Source: an uncultured Bacilli bacterium
Lineage (GTDB): Bacteria; Bacillota_I; Bacilli_A; RF39; UBA660
Assembly: GCA_934148535.1 (NCBI GenBank)
Contig: CAKPDF010000003.1
Coordinates: 29,515-93,514 of the forward strand
Length of the DNA: 64,000 nt
Direction of reading: 5' to 3'
The position numbers and the translations under genes are program-made. The notes below the pieces were generated by a model that did not search any database, had not been told where the DNA came from, and saw only the letters and a list, made by a program, of their open reading frames with translations. This document shows positions 19,453-29,331 of the stretch, piece by piece. The stretch's first letter is position 1, and each line of letters opens with the position of its first letter.

Positions 19453-19455
19453 TAG

Positions 19456-19478
19456 AACTACAGAAGTAGTTTTTTTTT
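19456..19478 (+). terminator. hairpin plus T-run after rpmH
   Basis: AACTAC-agaa-GTAGTT followed by TTTTTTTT. Confidence 0.5.
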
Positions 19479-19540
19479 AAATTATTAATTAATTTTTTCT
19501 TTCCTATATTATATATATAAATTTATAGGAGGCTATCACA

Positions 19541-19882
19541 GTGAAAAAAATAAACATAATAAAATCATCAAGAGAATATACTGAAATAATTAAACAATGT
19601 CCCTATGTAAAAAATAAAGATTTTATTATTTATTATAGAGAAAACAAAGATAAAAATAGATATGGAATTTCAGTTCCAACCAAAATAGGCAAAGCTAATA
19701 TTCGTAATAAACTTAAAAGAAGAACAAAAAATATAATAGATAATCAAGATTTAACTATACAAAGAACCTATGATTATGTTATAATAATTAGGAAGAGTTT
19801 ATTAGAGGCAACTTATCAAGATATGAGTTTAAGTTTAACTAGCCTACTAAAAAAGATTGGAGCACAAAATGAAAAAAAATAG
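19541..19882 (+). CDS. rnpA: RNase P protein component
   Basis: GTG start after an AGGAGG RBS. The protein is basic, 113 aa, with an RNR-like KLKRR motif. rpmH-rnpA-yidC synteny supports the call. Confidence 0.85.
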   Translation: MKKINIIKSSREYTEIIKQCPYVKNKDFIIYYRENKDKNRYGISVPTKIGKANIRNKLKRRTKNIIDNQDLTIQRTYDYVIIIRKSLLEATYQDMSLSLTSLLKKIGAQNEKK

Positions 19883-20804
19883 AAAATTTAAACAGATATT
19901 AATAATCTTACTATGTGTATTCTGTTTAACAGGTTGTACAAAAACTTTAAAAGATAAAGATAAGCAAATAGTAAGAAATGAAGAGACAGGACAAGCAGTA
20001 ACTGAAAATATTATTTGTAGACCAACAAATAAAAATATGATAAAAATATACGAGGATAATGATGTAGATATATCTAAATTACCAGAGTGTAAAAACTTTA
20101 CACCATTGTCAAATTATGAAGGATTATGGACAAGTTTGTTTGTAAAACCTTTAGCGTGGGTAATAATTAAAATATCTAATTTATTTAATTCTTCAGGTAT
20201 AGCGCTAATATTTACTTGTATCTTAATCAGATTAATTTTATTTCCAATAACGAAGAAAACAGCAATGCAATCAGAATTAATGAAAAAGGCTCAACCAGAA
20301 TTAGCAAAATTAGAGAAAAAATATGCCGGTAAAGATTCACAAGAAGATCAAACAAGAAAAGCGCAAGAAATGATGATGATATATCAAAAGTATAAAATTA
20401 ATCCAGTTTCAGGATGCTTATTATCATTTATTCAAATACCTTTATTATTTGCTTTTTATGAAGCAATAAACAGAACTCCTTCAATATTTGAAGAAAAATT
20501 CTTAAAAGTATTTGAAATGGGAACTACTCCATTAAAAGGTATAACAGAAAATGGTAATTATTGGTATATTTTATTAGTATTATTAATTATAGGTACAACT
20601 TACCTATCATTTAGAAAAACCTTAAAAGACCAATCAGGACAAATGGCAACAGGAATGCAAATGAAATATACAATATATTTTATGATGGCCTTAATAGGAA
20701 TTTCATCATTTACCCTACCTTCTGCTTTAGGTGTTTATTGGATATCATCTAGTTTATTTACAATATTCCAAAATATATATGTAGAAAGAAAGAAGGCAAA
20801 GTAG
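19869..20804 (+). CDS. yidC: membrane protein insertase YidC/SpoIIIJ (lipoprotein)
   Basis: The ATG at 19869 follows a GGAG RBS. Lipobox LLCVFCLTGC is present, with a conserved 60-kDa-IMP core (LIRLILFPIT, QMPLLFAFY-like). Confidence 0.9.
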   Translation: MKKNRKFKQILIILLCVFCLTGCTKTLKDKDKQIVRNEETGQAVTENIICRPTNKNMIKIYEDNDVDISKLPECKNFTPLSNYEGLWTSLFVKPLAWVIIKISNLFNSSGIALIFTCILIRLILFPITKKTAMQSELMKKAQPELAKLEKKYAGKDSQEDQTRKAQEMMMIYQKYKINPVSGCLLSFIQIPLLFAFYEAINRTPSIFEEKFLKVFEMGTTPLKGITENGNYWYILLVLLIIGTTYLSFRKTLKDQSGQMATGMQMKYTIYFMMALIGISSFTLPSALGVYWISSSLFTIFQNIYVERKKAK

Positions 20805-20805
20805 T

Positions 20806-21417
20806 ATGAATAAATATATTTATGAAGGAAAAACATTAGAAGAAGCTAAAAATAAGGCTTTAACAGAATTAAATTTAACAGAAGAAAATGTTATAATTAA
20901 TATCTTAGAAGAGAAAAATGGTTTACTTAAAAAAAGTGTAAAAATAGAATTAGTTGACATAAATGCTATAATTACAGAAATAAAAGATACTATAAATGAA
21001 ATAATATCATTAATGGGATTGACTTCGAATTTAGAAGTTAGAAGAAGAGAAAATAATATAACAATTACTATATTTTCAAATAATAATTCTATTTTAATTG
21101 GAAAAAATGGCAGAACCATTTCTGCAATTCAAACAATTATCAGACAAATTATTCATTCCCAAGTAAAAAGTAACCTACAAATAATTATAGATGTAGAAAA
21201 TTACAAAGAAAAAAGAATAAAAAATCTAGAATATTTAGCAAAAAAAGTAGCAAAAGAAGTAGCGCATACTAAAGTAGAAACTAAACTAGACCCAATGAAT
21301 TCTTACGAAAGAAGAACAATACATAATGTTTTATCCCAAAATAAATATGTTTATACGGAGTCAGAGGGTATTGAACCTAATAGATATGTAGTAATAAAAC
21401 CAAAAGAAGCTGAGTAG
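20806..21417 (+). CDS. jag: Jag/KhpB RNA-binding protein (KH + R3H)
   Basis: GKNGRTISAIQ (KH-like) and the C-terminal R3H motif ERRTIHNVL. It lies downstream of yidC. Confidence 0.88.
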   Translation: MNKYIYEGKTLEEAKNKALTELNLTEENVIINILEEKNGLLKKSVKIELVDINAIITEIKDTINEIISLMGLTSNLEVRRRENNITITIFSNNNSILIGKNGRTISAIQTIIRQIIHSQVKSNLQIIIDVENYKEKRIKNLEYLAKKVAKEVAHTKVETKLDPMNSYERRTIHNVLSQNKYVYTESEGIEPNRYVVIKPKEAE

Positions 21418-21527
21418 CTTCTTTTCTTTACAATTAAATATGTAAAATTATGTAAATTTAAATTATTTAATTGCATATACTAAAGCAGTGTGTTATAATC
21501 TTTGTTCCACCAAAAGGAAGTGATGAA

Positions 21528-22385
21528 ATGAAGTATTTAAATGAAATAAGTAGCATTTTAAATATAGAAGAGATTTACATAATTTTAAGTATTAAAACAT
21601 TATTTTATATATTAATAATAACAATAATAGAAAAAATTGGAATAAAATTACTAAAGAAAAATAAAGATACAAAAAAAGAATATATATATACTCAAAAGTT
21701 CAAACTATGTATGAATCTTTTAAAAGTATGTATACTATTTTTATTTTGGGGACAGTATATTAAAAATCTTCTAACTTTTATAAGTGTAATATCAGCAGCC
21801 TTTACAATAGCACTAAGAGATTTAGTTTTCAACTTTTTCTGTGGATTATACATAAAGATAGCAAAGCCATTTGAAATAGAAGACCGAATAGAAATAGATG
21901 AATATAAAGGTGATGTAATTAATATAAAATCAATGAATTTCGAGGTATTAGAAGTTAAAAATAATGATTTTACAGGTCAAAGTACCGGGATAATAATACA
22001 TCTACCTAATTCAATAATTTTTAAAAGTCCCCTAAAAAATTATAATAAAGCATTTAAATATATATGGGATGAAATAACAATTAAAGTACCTCTTGATTGT
22101 AATTTACCAAAAACAAAAAGTACATTATATAAAATAGTAAATTCTAATGATATAATAAAAAATATCCCTCCTAAAATGAAAAATCAGATTAACAATATCT
22201 CTAATAACTATAGAATATATTACAATAAATATGAACCAATTATATATACTAAAATAAAAGATGAACATATAGAATTAGAAATAAGATACTTAATACATCC
22301 TAAAAAGGCTAGATTTGTTGAGTCAACTATATGGAATAAAATAATTGAAGCCTATAAAAATAATGAAATAGAATTATATAAGTAA
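21528..22385 (+). CDS. MscS-family mechanosensitive channel-like protein
   Basis: The likely start at 21528 follows AAGGAAGTG. TM helices are followed by ...KPFEIEDRIEIDEYKGDVINI, which is typical of the MscS beta domain. An extended -10 TGTTATAAT lies at 21491. Confidence 0.6.
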   Translation: MKYLNEISSILNIEEIYIILSIKTLFYILIITIIEKIGIKLLKKNKDTKKEYIYTQKFKLCMNLLKVCILFLFWGQYIKNLLTFISVISAAFTIALRDLVFNFFCGLYIKIAKPFEIEDRIEIDEYKGDVINIKSMNFEVLEVKNNDFTGQSTGIIIHLPNSIIFKSPLKNYNKAFKYIWDEITIKVPLDCNLPKTKSTLYKIVNSNDIIKNIPPKMKNQINNISNNYRIYYNKYEPIIYTKIKDEHIELEIRYLIHPKKARFVESTIWNKIIEAYKNNEIELYK

Positions 22386-22446
22386 ATATAAACTTTTTTT
22401 TTAAATAAATTTATGATAAAATAAACACATAAAGGACGTGATATAT

Positions 22447-23799
22447 ATGGATGATACAATAGCAGCAATATCTACAGCCCTAGGAATAGGCGCTATATCA
22501 ATAATAAGAGTTAGTGGAGATGAAAGTATTAATATAGTTAATAGTATTTTTAAAGGAAAAGACTTAACTAAAGTAGAAACTCATACAATTCACTATGGAC
22601 ATATAGTAGATAACGAAAATATAATAGATGAAGTATTAGTAACAATAATGAGATCTCCAAAAACATTTACTAAAGAAGATATAGTAGAAATAAATTGTCA
22701 TGGAGGAATAGCAACGACAAATAAAGTATTAGAATTACTCCTCCTAAAAGGAGCTCGTTTAGCAGAACCTGGTGAATTTACAAAAAGAGCATTTTTAAAT
22801 GGAAGAATAGATTTAGTAGAAGCTGATGGAATAATGAATTTAATAAATTCTAAAAGTGAGCAAACAAGAAAAATGTCAATAAATCAATTAAACGGAACTG
22901 TATCTAATAAAATAAAAGAATTAAGAGATGACTTAATTCAAATGATTTCAAATATAGAAGTAAACATAGATTACCCAGAATACATAGATATAGAAGAACT
23001 TACTAATGAAAAAATATTACCAAGTATTTTAGATTTTAAAAGTAAATTAGAAAAAATAATTAAAGATTCTAGTGATGGAAAGTTATTAAATGAAGGAATA
23101 AATGTAGGTATTATTGGGAAACCAAATGTAGGAAAAAGTAGTCTCTTAAATGCTTTATTAGAAGAAGAAAAAGCAATAGTAACAGATATAGAAGGAACAA
23201 CAAGAGACATAGTAGAAGGAAAAATAAACCTAGGAGGCTTAATACTTAATATAATAGATACTGCAGGAATAAGAAATACAGATAACATAGTAGAACAAAT
23301 AGGAGTAGAAAAAAGTAAAGATATAATAAATACTTCAGATTTAGTAATATTTATGTTAAATAACAATCAAGAATTAACAGAAGAAGAAGAAAAAATCTTA
23401 AAACAAATAGAAAATAAACCAAGTATTATAGTAATAAATAAAATAGATCTAGATTGTAAACTAATCTTACCTAAAATAAATAAAGATATAATTAAAATAA
23501 GTATAAAAGAAGGTACAGGAATAGATAAATTAAAAGATACTATTAAAAAAATATATAATCTAGAAGAAATAGAAGTAAAAGATTTAACTTATTTAAGTGA
23601 TGCTAGAAGTATATCATTATTAAAGAAATCTCTAGAAAAAATAGAAGATGCAATTAATAATATAAAAGATAATAGCCCAATTGATATGGTAGAATTAGAT
23701 CTTAAAAATTCTTGGGAATTATTAGGAGAAATCATAGGAGAAACATATACAGATGAATTAATAGATGAATTATTCTCTAGATTCTGTCTAGGAAAATAA
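22447..23799 (+). CDS. mnmE: tRNA modification GTPase MnmE
   Basis: DTIAAISTA N-terminus, G-domain GKPNVGKSSLLN / DTAG, and the C-terminal CLGK motif. Confidence 0.95.
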   Translation: MDDTIAAISTALGIGAISIIRVSGDESINIVNSIFKGKDLTKVETHTIHYGHIVDNENIIDEVLVTIMRSPKTFTKEDIVEINCHGGIATTNKVLELLLLKGARLAEPGEFTKRAFLNGRIDLVEADGIMNLINSKSEQTRKMSINQLNGTVSNKIKELRDDLIQMISNIEVNIDYPEYIDIEELTNEKILPSILDFKSKLEKIIKDSSDGKLLNEGINVGIIGKPNVGKSSLLNALLEEEKAIVTDIEGTTRDIVEGKINLGGLILNIIDTAGIRNTDNIVEQIGVEKSKDIINTSDLVIFMLNNNQELTEEEEKILKQIENKPSIIVINKIDLDCKLILPKINKDIIKISIKEGTGIDKLKDTIKKIYNLEEIEVKDLTYLSDARSISLLKKSLEKIEDAINNIKDNSPIDMVELDLKNSWELLGEIIGETYTDELIDELFSRFCLGK

Positions 23800-23830
23800 C
23801 TATTAGAACCAAAACTAATAGTTTTAATTT
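23800..23830 (+). terminator. terminator after mnmE
   Basis: CTATTAG-aaccaaaa-CTAATAG followed by TTTTAATTT. Confidence 0.5.
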
Positions 23831-23962
23831 ATTTTTATTATTTTAAGTAACGCCTATTCCCTATCTTATCTATGGCGTATTAACCAATAACGTTAACTAA
23901 TACTTTCTTTTTTTTAAATTATATGATAAAATATAAAACGATTAAGAAAAGAAGTGATATTT

Positions 23963-25840
23963 ATGAATAAAGAATATGAAATAATAGTTGTAGGAGGAGG
24001 ACATGCTGGATGCGAAGCAGCTTTAGCATCAGCTCGTATAGGTCATTCTGCCCTATTAGTAACAGGTAACATAAACAATATAGCAACAATGCCATGTAAT
24101 CCATCTATTGGAGGATCTGCCAAAGGTATAATAGTAAGAGAAATAGATGCCTTAGGAGGAGAAATGGGAATTAACGCTGACAAAACATTAATTCAAATGA
24201 AAATGCTAAACTCCTCAAAAGGCCCATCAGTTCACTCTTTAAGAGCCCAAGCCGATAAAATAACATATCCCAAAGAAATGTTAAAAACCCTAAAAAATCA
24301 AGAAAATCTAGAAATATTAGAATCAATGGTAGAAGATCTAATAGTAGAAAATAATAAAGTATTAGGTATAGTACTTTCAGATGGTACAAAAATAAATTCC
24401 AAATGTGTAATATTAACAACAGGAACATACTTAAAAGCAGATATATTAAGAGGGTCAACAAGAACTAGAAGTGGTCCTCATGGAGAAAAGCCTTCAATGC
24501 ATTTAAGCGATAATCTAAAAAAATATGGCTTTGAGATTTTAAGACTAAAAACAGGGACTCCACCTAGAATAGAAAGATCTTCAATAGATTATAGTAAAAC
24601 TCAAAGAGAAGATGGAGATAAAACACCATACACATTCTCACATGATATAGAACCACTTTACGACGTTAATAATCAAGAACCATGTTATCTAATTTATACT
24701 AATAAAAAAACTCATGAAATTATATTAAATAATCTATCAAAATCAAGTATGTATGGAGGATTAAATGATATAACTGGAGTAGGACCAAGATATTGTCCAT
24801 CTATAGAAGACAAATTAGTAAGATTTAAAGATAAAGAAAGACATCAATTATTCTTAGAACCAGAAAGTCTATATTATGATGATATATACTTACAAGGATT
24901 TTCAACTAGTATGCCAGAAGATATTCAAGAGCAAATGGTTCATTCCCTAGAAGGATTAGAACATGCTAAAATATTAAAATATGCCTATGCTATAGAATAT
25001 GATGCTATCTACCCTACCCAAATAAAAGCTTCTTTAGAAACAAAAGTACTAGAAAATTTATTTACTGCAGGTCAAATCAATGGAACCAGTGGCTATGAAG
25101 AAGCTGCTTGTCAAGGATTAATCGCAGGAATAAATGCTTCTTTAAAAATAGAAAATAAGAAACCATTAGTATTAAAAAGAAATGAAGCATACATTGGAGT
25201 ATTAATAGATGATTTAATAACAAAAGGAACAATAGAGCCTTATAGAATGTTAACTTCTCGTGCTGAATATAGATTATTACTAAGACACGATAATGCTGAT
25301 TTAAGATTAAGAGAATATGGATATAAAGTAGGATTAATAGATGAAGAAAGACATAATAAATTAATAGAAAAAATAAATGATATAGACAAATTAAAAAATG
25401 AATTAAAAAATAAAAAAATAACTCCAACTAAACAAATAAATGAATTATTTCAAAAATTGAATACACCTATTTTAAAAGATGGAATTACTTTATATGATTT
25501 ATTAAAAAGAAATGAAATTACAATAAATACCTTAAAAGAAAATAATCTTTTTACATCTAGTTATTCTAAAGAAGTAGAAAACCAAGTAGAAATACAAATA
25601 AAATATGAAGGATATATAGCAAAAACACAAAGAGAAGCAGAAAAAATGCTAAAAAATGAAGAAAAACAAATACCAGAAAATATTGATTATTCCAAAGTAA
25701 CAAATCTAGCAAGTGAAGCAAGACAAAAACTAGATAAAGTTAGACCAACATCAATAGGTCAAGCCTTAAGAATAAGTGGTGTAAACCCTGCTGATATTTC
25801 TATATTAATGGTATATTTAAGGAAGAATTACAATGAATAA
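23963..25840 (+). CDS. mnmG: tRNA uridine 5-carboxymethylaminomethyl modification enzyme MnmG
   Basis: FAD motif VVGGGHAGCEAA, plus GPRYCPSIEDK. Confidence 0.96.
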   Translation: MNKEYEIIVVGGGHAGCEAALASARIGHSALLVTGNINNIATMPCNPSIGGSAKGIIVREIDALGGEMGINADKTLIQMKMLNSSKGPSVHSLRAQADKITYPKEMLKTLKNQENLEILESMVEDLIVENNKVLGIVLSDGTKINSKCVILTTGTYLKADILRGSTRTRSGPHGEKPSMHLSDNLKKYGFEILRLKTGTPPRIERSSIDYSKTQREDGDKTPYTFSHDIEPLYDVNNQEPCYLIYTNKKTHEIILNNLSKSSMYGGLNDITGVGPRYCPSIEDKLVRFKDKERHQLFLEPESLYYDDIYLQGFSTSMPEDIQEQMVHSLEGLEHAKILKYAYAIEYDAIYPTQIKASLETKVLENLFTAGQINGTSGYEEAACQGLIAGINASLKIENKKPLVLKRNEAYIGVLIDDLITKGTIEPYRMLTSRAEYRLLLRHDNADLRLREYGYKVGLIDEERHNKLIEKINDIDKLKNELKNKKITPTKQINELFQKLNTPILKDGITLYDLLKRNEITINTLKENNLFTSSYSKEVENQVEIQIKYEGYIAKTQREAEKMLKNEEKQIPENIDYSKVTNLASEARQKLDKVRPTSIGQALRISGVNPADISILMVYLRKNYNE

Positions 25841-26534
25841 AGAATTATTTATAAATAGTTTAAAAGAGTTAAATATAAATATTACTGATGATGCTCTTAA
25901 TAAATTAGAAGAATATTATAATATATTAATAGAAGAAAATAAAAAATATAATCTAACAAATATTACAGATAAAGAACAAGTATATTTAAAACACTTTTAT
26001 GATAGCCTAACCATTACTAAAATAATTAATATAGAAAATATGTATATATGCGATATAGGATCAGGAGCAGGATTCCCAGGTATAGTTTTAAAAATAGTAT
26101 TTCCAAAAATAAAAATAGATTTAGTAGAAGCAACAGAAAAAAGATGTAATTTTCTAAAATTAGTAATAGAAAAATTAAATTTAAAAGATATATCAGTCAT
26201 AAACGAAAGGGCAGAAATATATTCTAAAGAAGTAAGAGAAAAATATGACTTAGTAACATCACGTGCAGTAGCGCCATTAAAACATTTACTAGAGTACTCT
26301 ATCCCACTAGTTAAAGTTAATGGTTATTATGTAGCAATGAAAGGCATAGTAGATAAAGAACTAGATAATATAGATAATTATTATAAAAAATTAAATATTA
26401 ATTTAATAAAAGAAATAAAATTTTTATTACCACAAGAATTAAGTAATAGAACTTTATTATTATATAAAAAAAATAATATCACTAATTTAAAATATCCAAG
26501 AAGATATAATGAAATAAAGAAAAAAGATATTTAA
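25833..26534 (+). CDS. rsmG: 16S rRNA (guanine527-N7)-methyltransferase RsmG
   Basis: HFYDSL, and DIGSGAGFPGI as the SAM motif. It overlaps the mnmG stop. Confidence 0.92.
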   Translation: MNKELFINSLKELNINITDDALNKLEEYYNILIEENKKYNLTNITDKEQVYLKHFYDSLTITKIINIENMYICDIGSGAGFPGIVLKIVFPKIKIDLVEATEKRCNFLKLVIEKLNLKDISVINERAEIYSKEVREKYDLVTSRAVAPLKHLLEYSIPLVKVNGYYVAMKGIVDKELDNIDNYYKKLNINLIKEIKFLLPQELSNRTLLLYKKNNITNLKYPRRYNEIKKKDI

Positions 26535-26637
26535 AAAAAATTTCTTGACAATGCTAAACGGTTAATGTTAAAATTACATTGTAAGAATAGCAAAGATTAT
26601 TTTTAACAATTCTTAGAAAAAAGGAGCACAAAATATT

Positions 26638-27465
26638 ATGAAAAAAAATAATAATACAATAATATTAATAATAATACTAATAATATTATTAATAGCAACC
26701 TCTATATTAATTTACGTTAAAAGTAATAACAATAACAAAGCATCATCAACTATTTCAAGTAAAATTACAGTTTCAAGTTTAATAAAAAATTCCAAAGTAT
26801 TCAAAGCAAATAGCGAAGAAACTAATGATGAAATAGGATTATATAAGTTTAATGATGATGGAACATTCGAATATTCAAATGCCCAAACAATTACAAAAGA
26901 AAATCAAATTTTAACTATGAAAGGTAAATATAAAATAGAAAATAATACTCTAATACTTACAATAGAAGATAAAAGAATAACGGCACAAGGTTATTTAAAA
27001 ACAAACGAAGATAGTAGTAATTTATGTGAGTATAAAATTGAAACAGATAATACTGTAGAAGAACAAAAATATAATTTAAAAGTAATAGATAATAATTATC
27101 TAAAAGGTGACAACTTGACTTTATATCCTTCTTCAAATAATAATGAAGATAACTTAGATAATAATACTTTGAACATTCCAAGATGTTTTGAAAATTACAC
27201 AATAGAAGAAATAAAGACCAAAGCATTAGATTATTTCAAAAAAAATCAATTGGAAAAATCGGGATTAGATCAAGAAACAGAATTTACTATAGGAGTTTCT
27301 TTAAATAAAAATGATATTCCAGAAGAATATAATAACTATGATATGTATATAGAAATAAGGCATATTTATAAAGGACACGACACTGTTGACGCAAGATATT
27401 TCATAAATGCAGAAAATTTAACAGGTATAGATGTAAATAATCAAGAAATAAATTTAAATAACTAA
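26638..27465 (+). CDS. membrane-anchored hypothetical protein
   Basis: A single N-terminal TM (IILIIILIILLIATSILIY) is followed by an Asn/Ser-rich linker and an extracytoplasmic domain. No family was recognised. A TTGACA-17-TAAAAT promoter lies near 26549. Confidence 0.5.
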   Translation: MKKNNNTIILIIILIILLIATSILIYVKSNNNNKASSTISSKITVSSLIKNSKVFKANSEETNDEIGLYKFNDDGTFEYSNAQTITKENQILTMKGKYKIENNTLILTIEDKRITAQGYLKTNEDSSNLCEYKIETDNTVEEQKYNLKVIDNNYLKGDNLTLYPSSNNNEDNLDNNTLNIPRCFENYTIEEIKTKALDYFKKNQLEKSGLDQETEFTIGVSLNKNDIPEEYNNYDMYIEIRHIYKGHDTVDARYFINAENLTGIDVNNQEINLNN

Positions 27466-27470
27466 AAATA

Positions 27471-27501
27471 AATCAATGCTAAAATAATGCATTGATTTTT
27501 T
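27471..27501 (+). terminator. terminator after the 275-aa membrane protein gene
   Basis: AATCAATGC...GCATTGATT stem followed by TTTTT. Confidence 0.6.
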
Positions 27502-27592
27502 CAATTTCTAAAAAAATTAATTCTAACTACTTGAAAAAATAAAATATTTATAGTATCATTAAAGAGAATAAAGAGAATTGAGAGGGATTGTT

Positions 27593-29308
27593 ATGCAAGA
27601 GAATAATGAAATTAAGTATATTGATCTTGTTGATATTATTCCAAATAGACTACAACCTCGAACAGAATTTGATGAAGAAAAACTTAATGAATTAGCAACT
27701 TCTATCAAGCAATATGGAATAATAAATCCATTATTAGTGCGCAAAGTTGGAAATAAGTATGAAATTATAGCAGGTGAAAGAAGATTTAAAGCTGCTAAAA
27801 TAGTAGGACTAGAAAGAGTACCAGTAATTATTTCTAATATGGATGAAAAGACAAGTGCTGAAGTAGCAGTAATAGAAAATATTCAAAGGCAAGATTTATC
27901 TGCTCTAGAAGAGGCAAGGTCATATCGCAAATTATTAGATCAAGGTAATATTACTCAAGAGCAATTAGCAACCAAAATGGGAAAGAGTCAATCTACTATC
28001 GCTAATAAAATGCGTTTGTTAAACCTATGTGATGAAGTTCAAGAAGCATTAGATAATAATCAAATATCAGAAAGACATGCTAGAAGTTTGTTACAACTAA
28101 AAAATATAGATGATCAAAGAAATGCTTTAGAGAAAATAATAAAAGAAAGATTAACTGTAAAAGCAACAGAAAATCTTATAAAAGAAATATTGCAATCAAA
28201 AACCCTTAACTCTCAAGAAAATATGCAACAAAATAAAACATCTTTACCAGGTAAAGAAGAAAATTTTACTGATACAATATATGGTAGTGATGTAGTAAAT
28301 ATTGCAGATTTAAATAAAAAAGAATTAGAAAAGGAAAATGATAATATGAATAACGAACAAAATACACAAATGAATAATAATATGCCTAATCCAGGAATAG
28401 TCAACCAGCAACCTAACGAACAAGTACAACAACCTGCTTTTGGTGGAAGATTCTTCCCATCATTAGAAGATAGTGAAGTAAATGTAAATTTAGCAAATCC
28501 ATTTGCACAACAACAACCAGCTCAAGCTCAACCAATGATGGCAAATTTAGTTGATACACCACAACAAACTCCAGTAGCCCCAACAATTCCATCATTCGTA
28601 ACAGACAGCACAACTGTTCCAAGTAGTAATACAGTATCTCTAGATAGTTTAAATAAAGAACCAGTTATGCCTACTATTAACCCATTACAACAAAATTTTG
28701 AAAGTCCAATATCAGAACCTGTTAATAATATAGTAGCAGAACCAATTATTAACCCAATTGCTTCTTCTGCACCAACACCAGGACCAATTCCAGAAAGCCA
28801 ACCAAATCCATTATTTGGAAATAATGTTCCAGAACCACAACCAGAGCCAACTACCCCAACAATTCCAAATTTACCAAATGTGGAAAGTAATTCTTTTGGA
28901 CAAATGACACCTAATATGGAAACACCAGTACAACCTACAATACCAACTCCAGAACCAATTATTCCAGAGCCTGCTGTTGCACCACAACCTATAATGGAAC
29001 CATCAGCACCACAACCTATAGTAGAACCAACCTCACCAATAACTCCTGATCCAGTTATACCAGATATTCAAATGCCACAAAATAACTTTACAGTGCCATC
29101 TCCAGAAGTTCCTACGCCAGAACCAGCTCCAATAGTTGAAAAAACACCAGAAGTAGCACCAACAATAAAAACTACTGATAATATTATAAATGCAATAAAT
29201 GCTATAAAAAATTTAGGATTAAGTATAGAGTCAATTGGATATAAAATAAATATCAGCGAAGAAGATACCCCTACTTCTTATAAAATAACAATTGAATTAG
29301 AAAAGTAA
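27593..29308 (+). CDS. noc: Noc/ParB-family CTP-switch DNA-binding protein with a long Pro/Gln-rich insertion
   Basis: IPNRLQPR box and GERRFKAAK (the GERRxRA CTP motif). HTH GKSQSTIANKMRLLNL...ISERHARSLL resembles remembered Noc, not Spo0J. Residues ~200-520 are low-complexity P/Q/N/E. The C-terminal ...YKITIELEK resembles the Noc C-terminus. The ATG at 27593 follows a GAGAGGGA RBS (the track start is TTG 27578). Confidence 0.8.
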   Translation: MQENNEIKYIDLVDIIPNRLQPRTEFDEEKLNELATSIKQYGIINPLLVRKVGNKYEIIAGERRFKAAKIVGLERVPVIISNMDEKTSAEVAVIENIQRQDLSALEEARSYRKLLDQGNITQEQLATKMGKSQSTIANKMRLLNLCDEVQEALDNNQISERHARSLLQLKNIDDQRNALEKIIKERLTVKATENLIKEILQSKTLNSQENMQQNKTSLPGKEENFTDTIYGSDVVNIADLNKKELEKENDNMNNEQNTQMNNNMPNPGIVNQQPNEQVQQPAFGGRFFPSLEDSEVNVNLANPFAQQQPAQAQPMMANLVDTPQQTPVAPTIPSFVTDSTTVPSSNTVSLDSLNKEPVMPTINPLQQNFESPISEPVNNIVAEPIINPIASSAPTPGPIPESQPNPLFGNNVPEPQPEPTTPTIPNLPNVESNSFGQMTPNMETPVQPTIPTPEPIIPEPAVAPQPIMEPSAPQPIVEPTSPITPDPVIPDIQMPQNNFTVPSPEVPTPEPAPIVEKTPEVAPTIKTTDNIINAINAIKNLGLSIESIGYKINISEEDTPTSYKITIELEK

Positions 29309-29331
29309 AAAATAAATAATATGTATTGTAA

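Noticed and set aside
26260-26265. CACGTG inside rsmG (also at ~41488 in spoIVA) as additional parS sites
   Set aside because: The flanks (AACATCACGTGCAGTA and TTAGCACGTGATCC) do not match the GTTTCAC/GTGAAAC arms.
28200-29150. The Pro/Gln-rich middle of the noc-like gene as a frameshift, pseudogene or simple tandem DNA repeat
   Set aside because: A single uninterrupted frame joins a recognisable N-terminal domain to a recognisable C-terminal domain. The DNA is not a perfect tandem repeat, and codon choices vary between similar peptide motifs.
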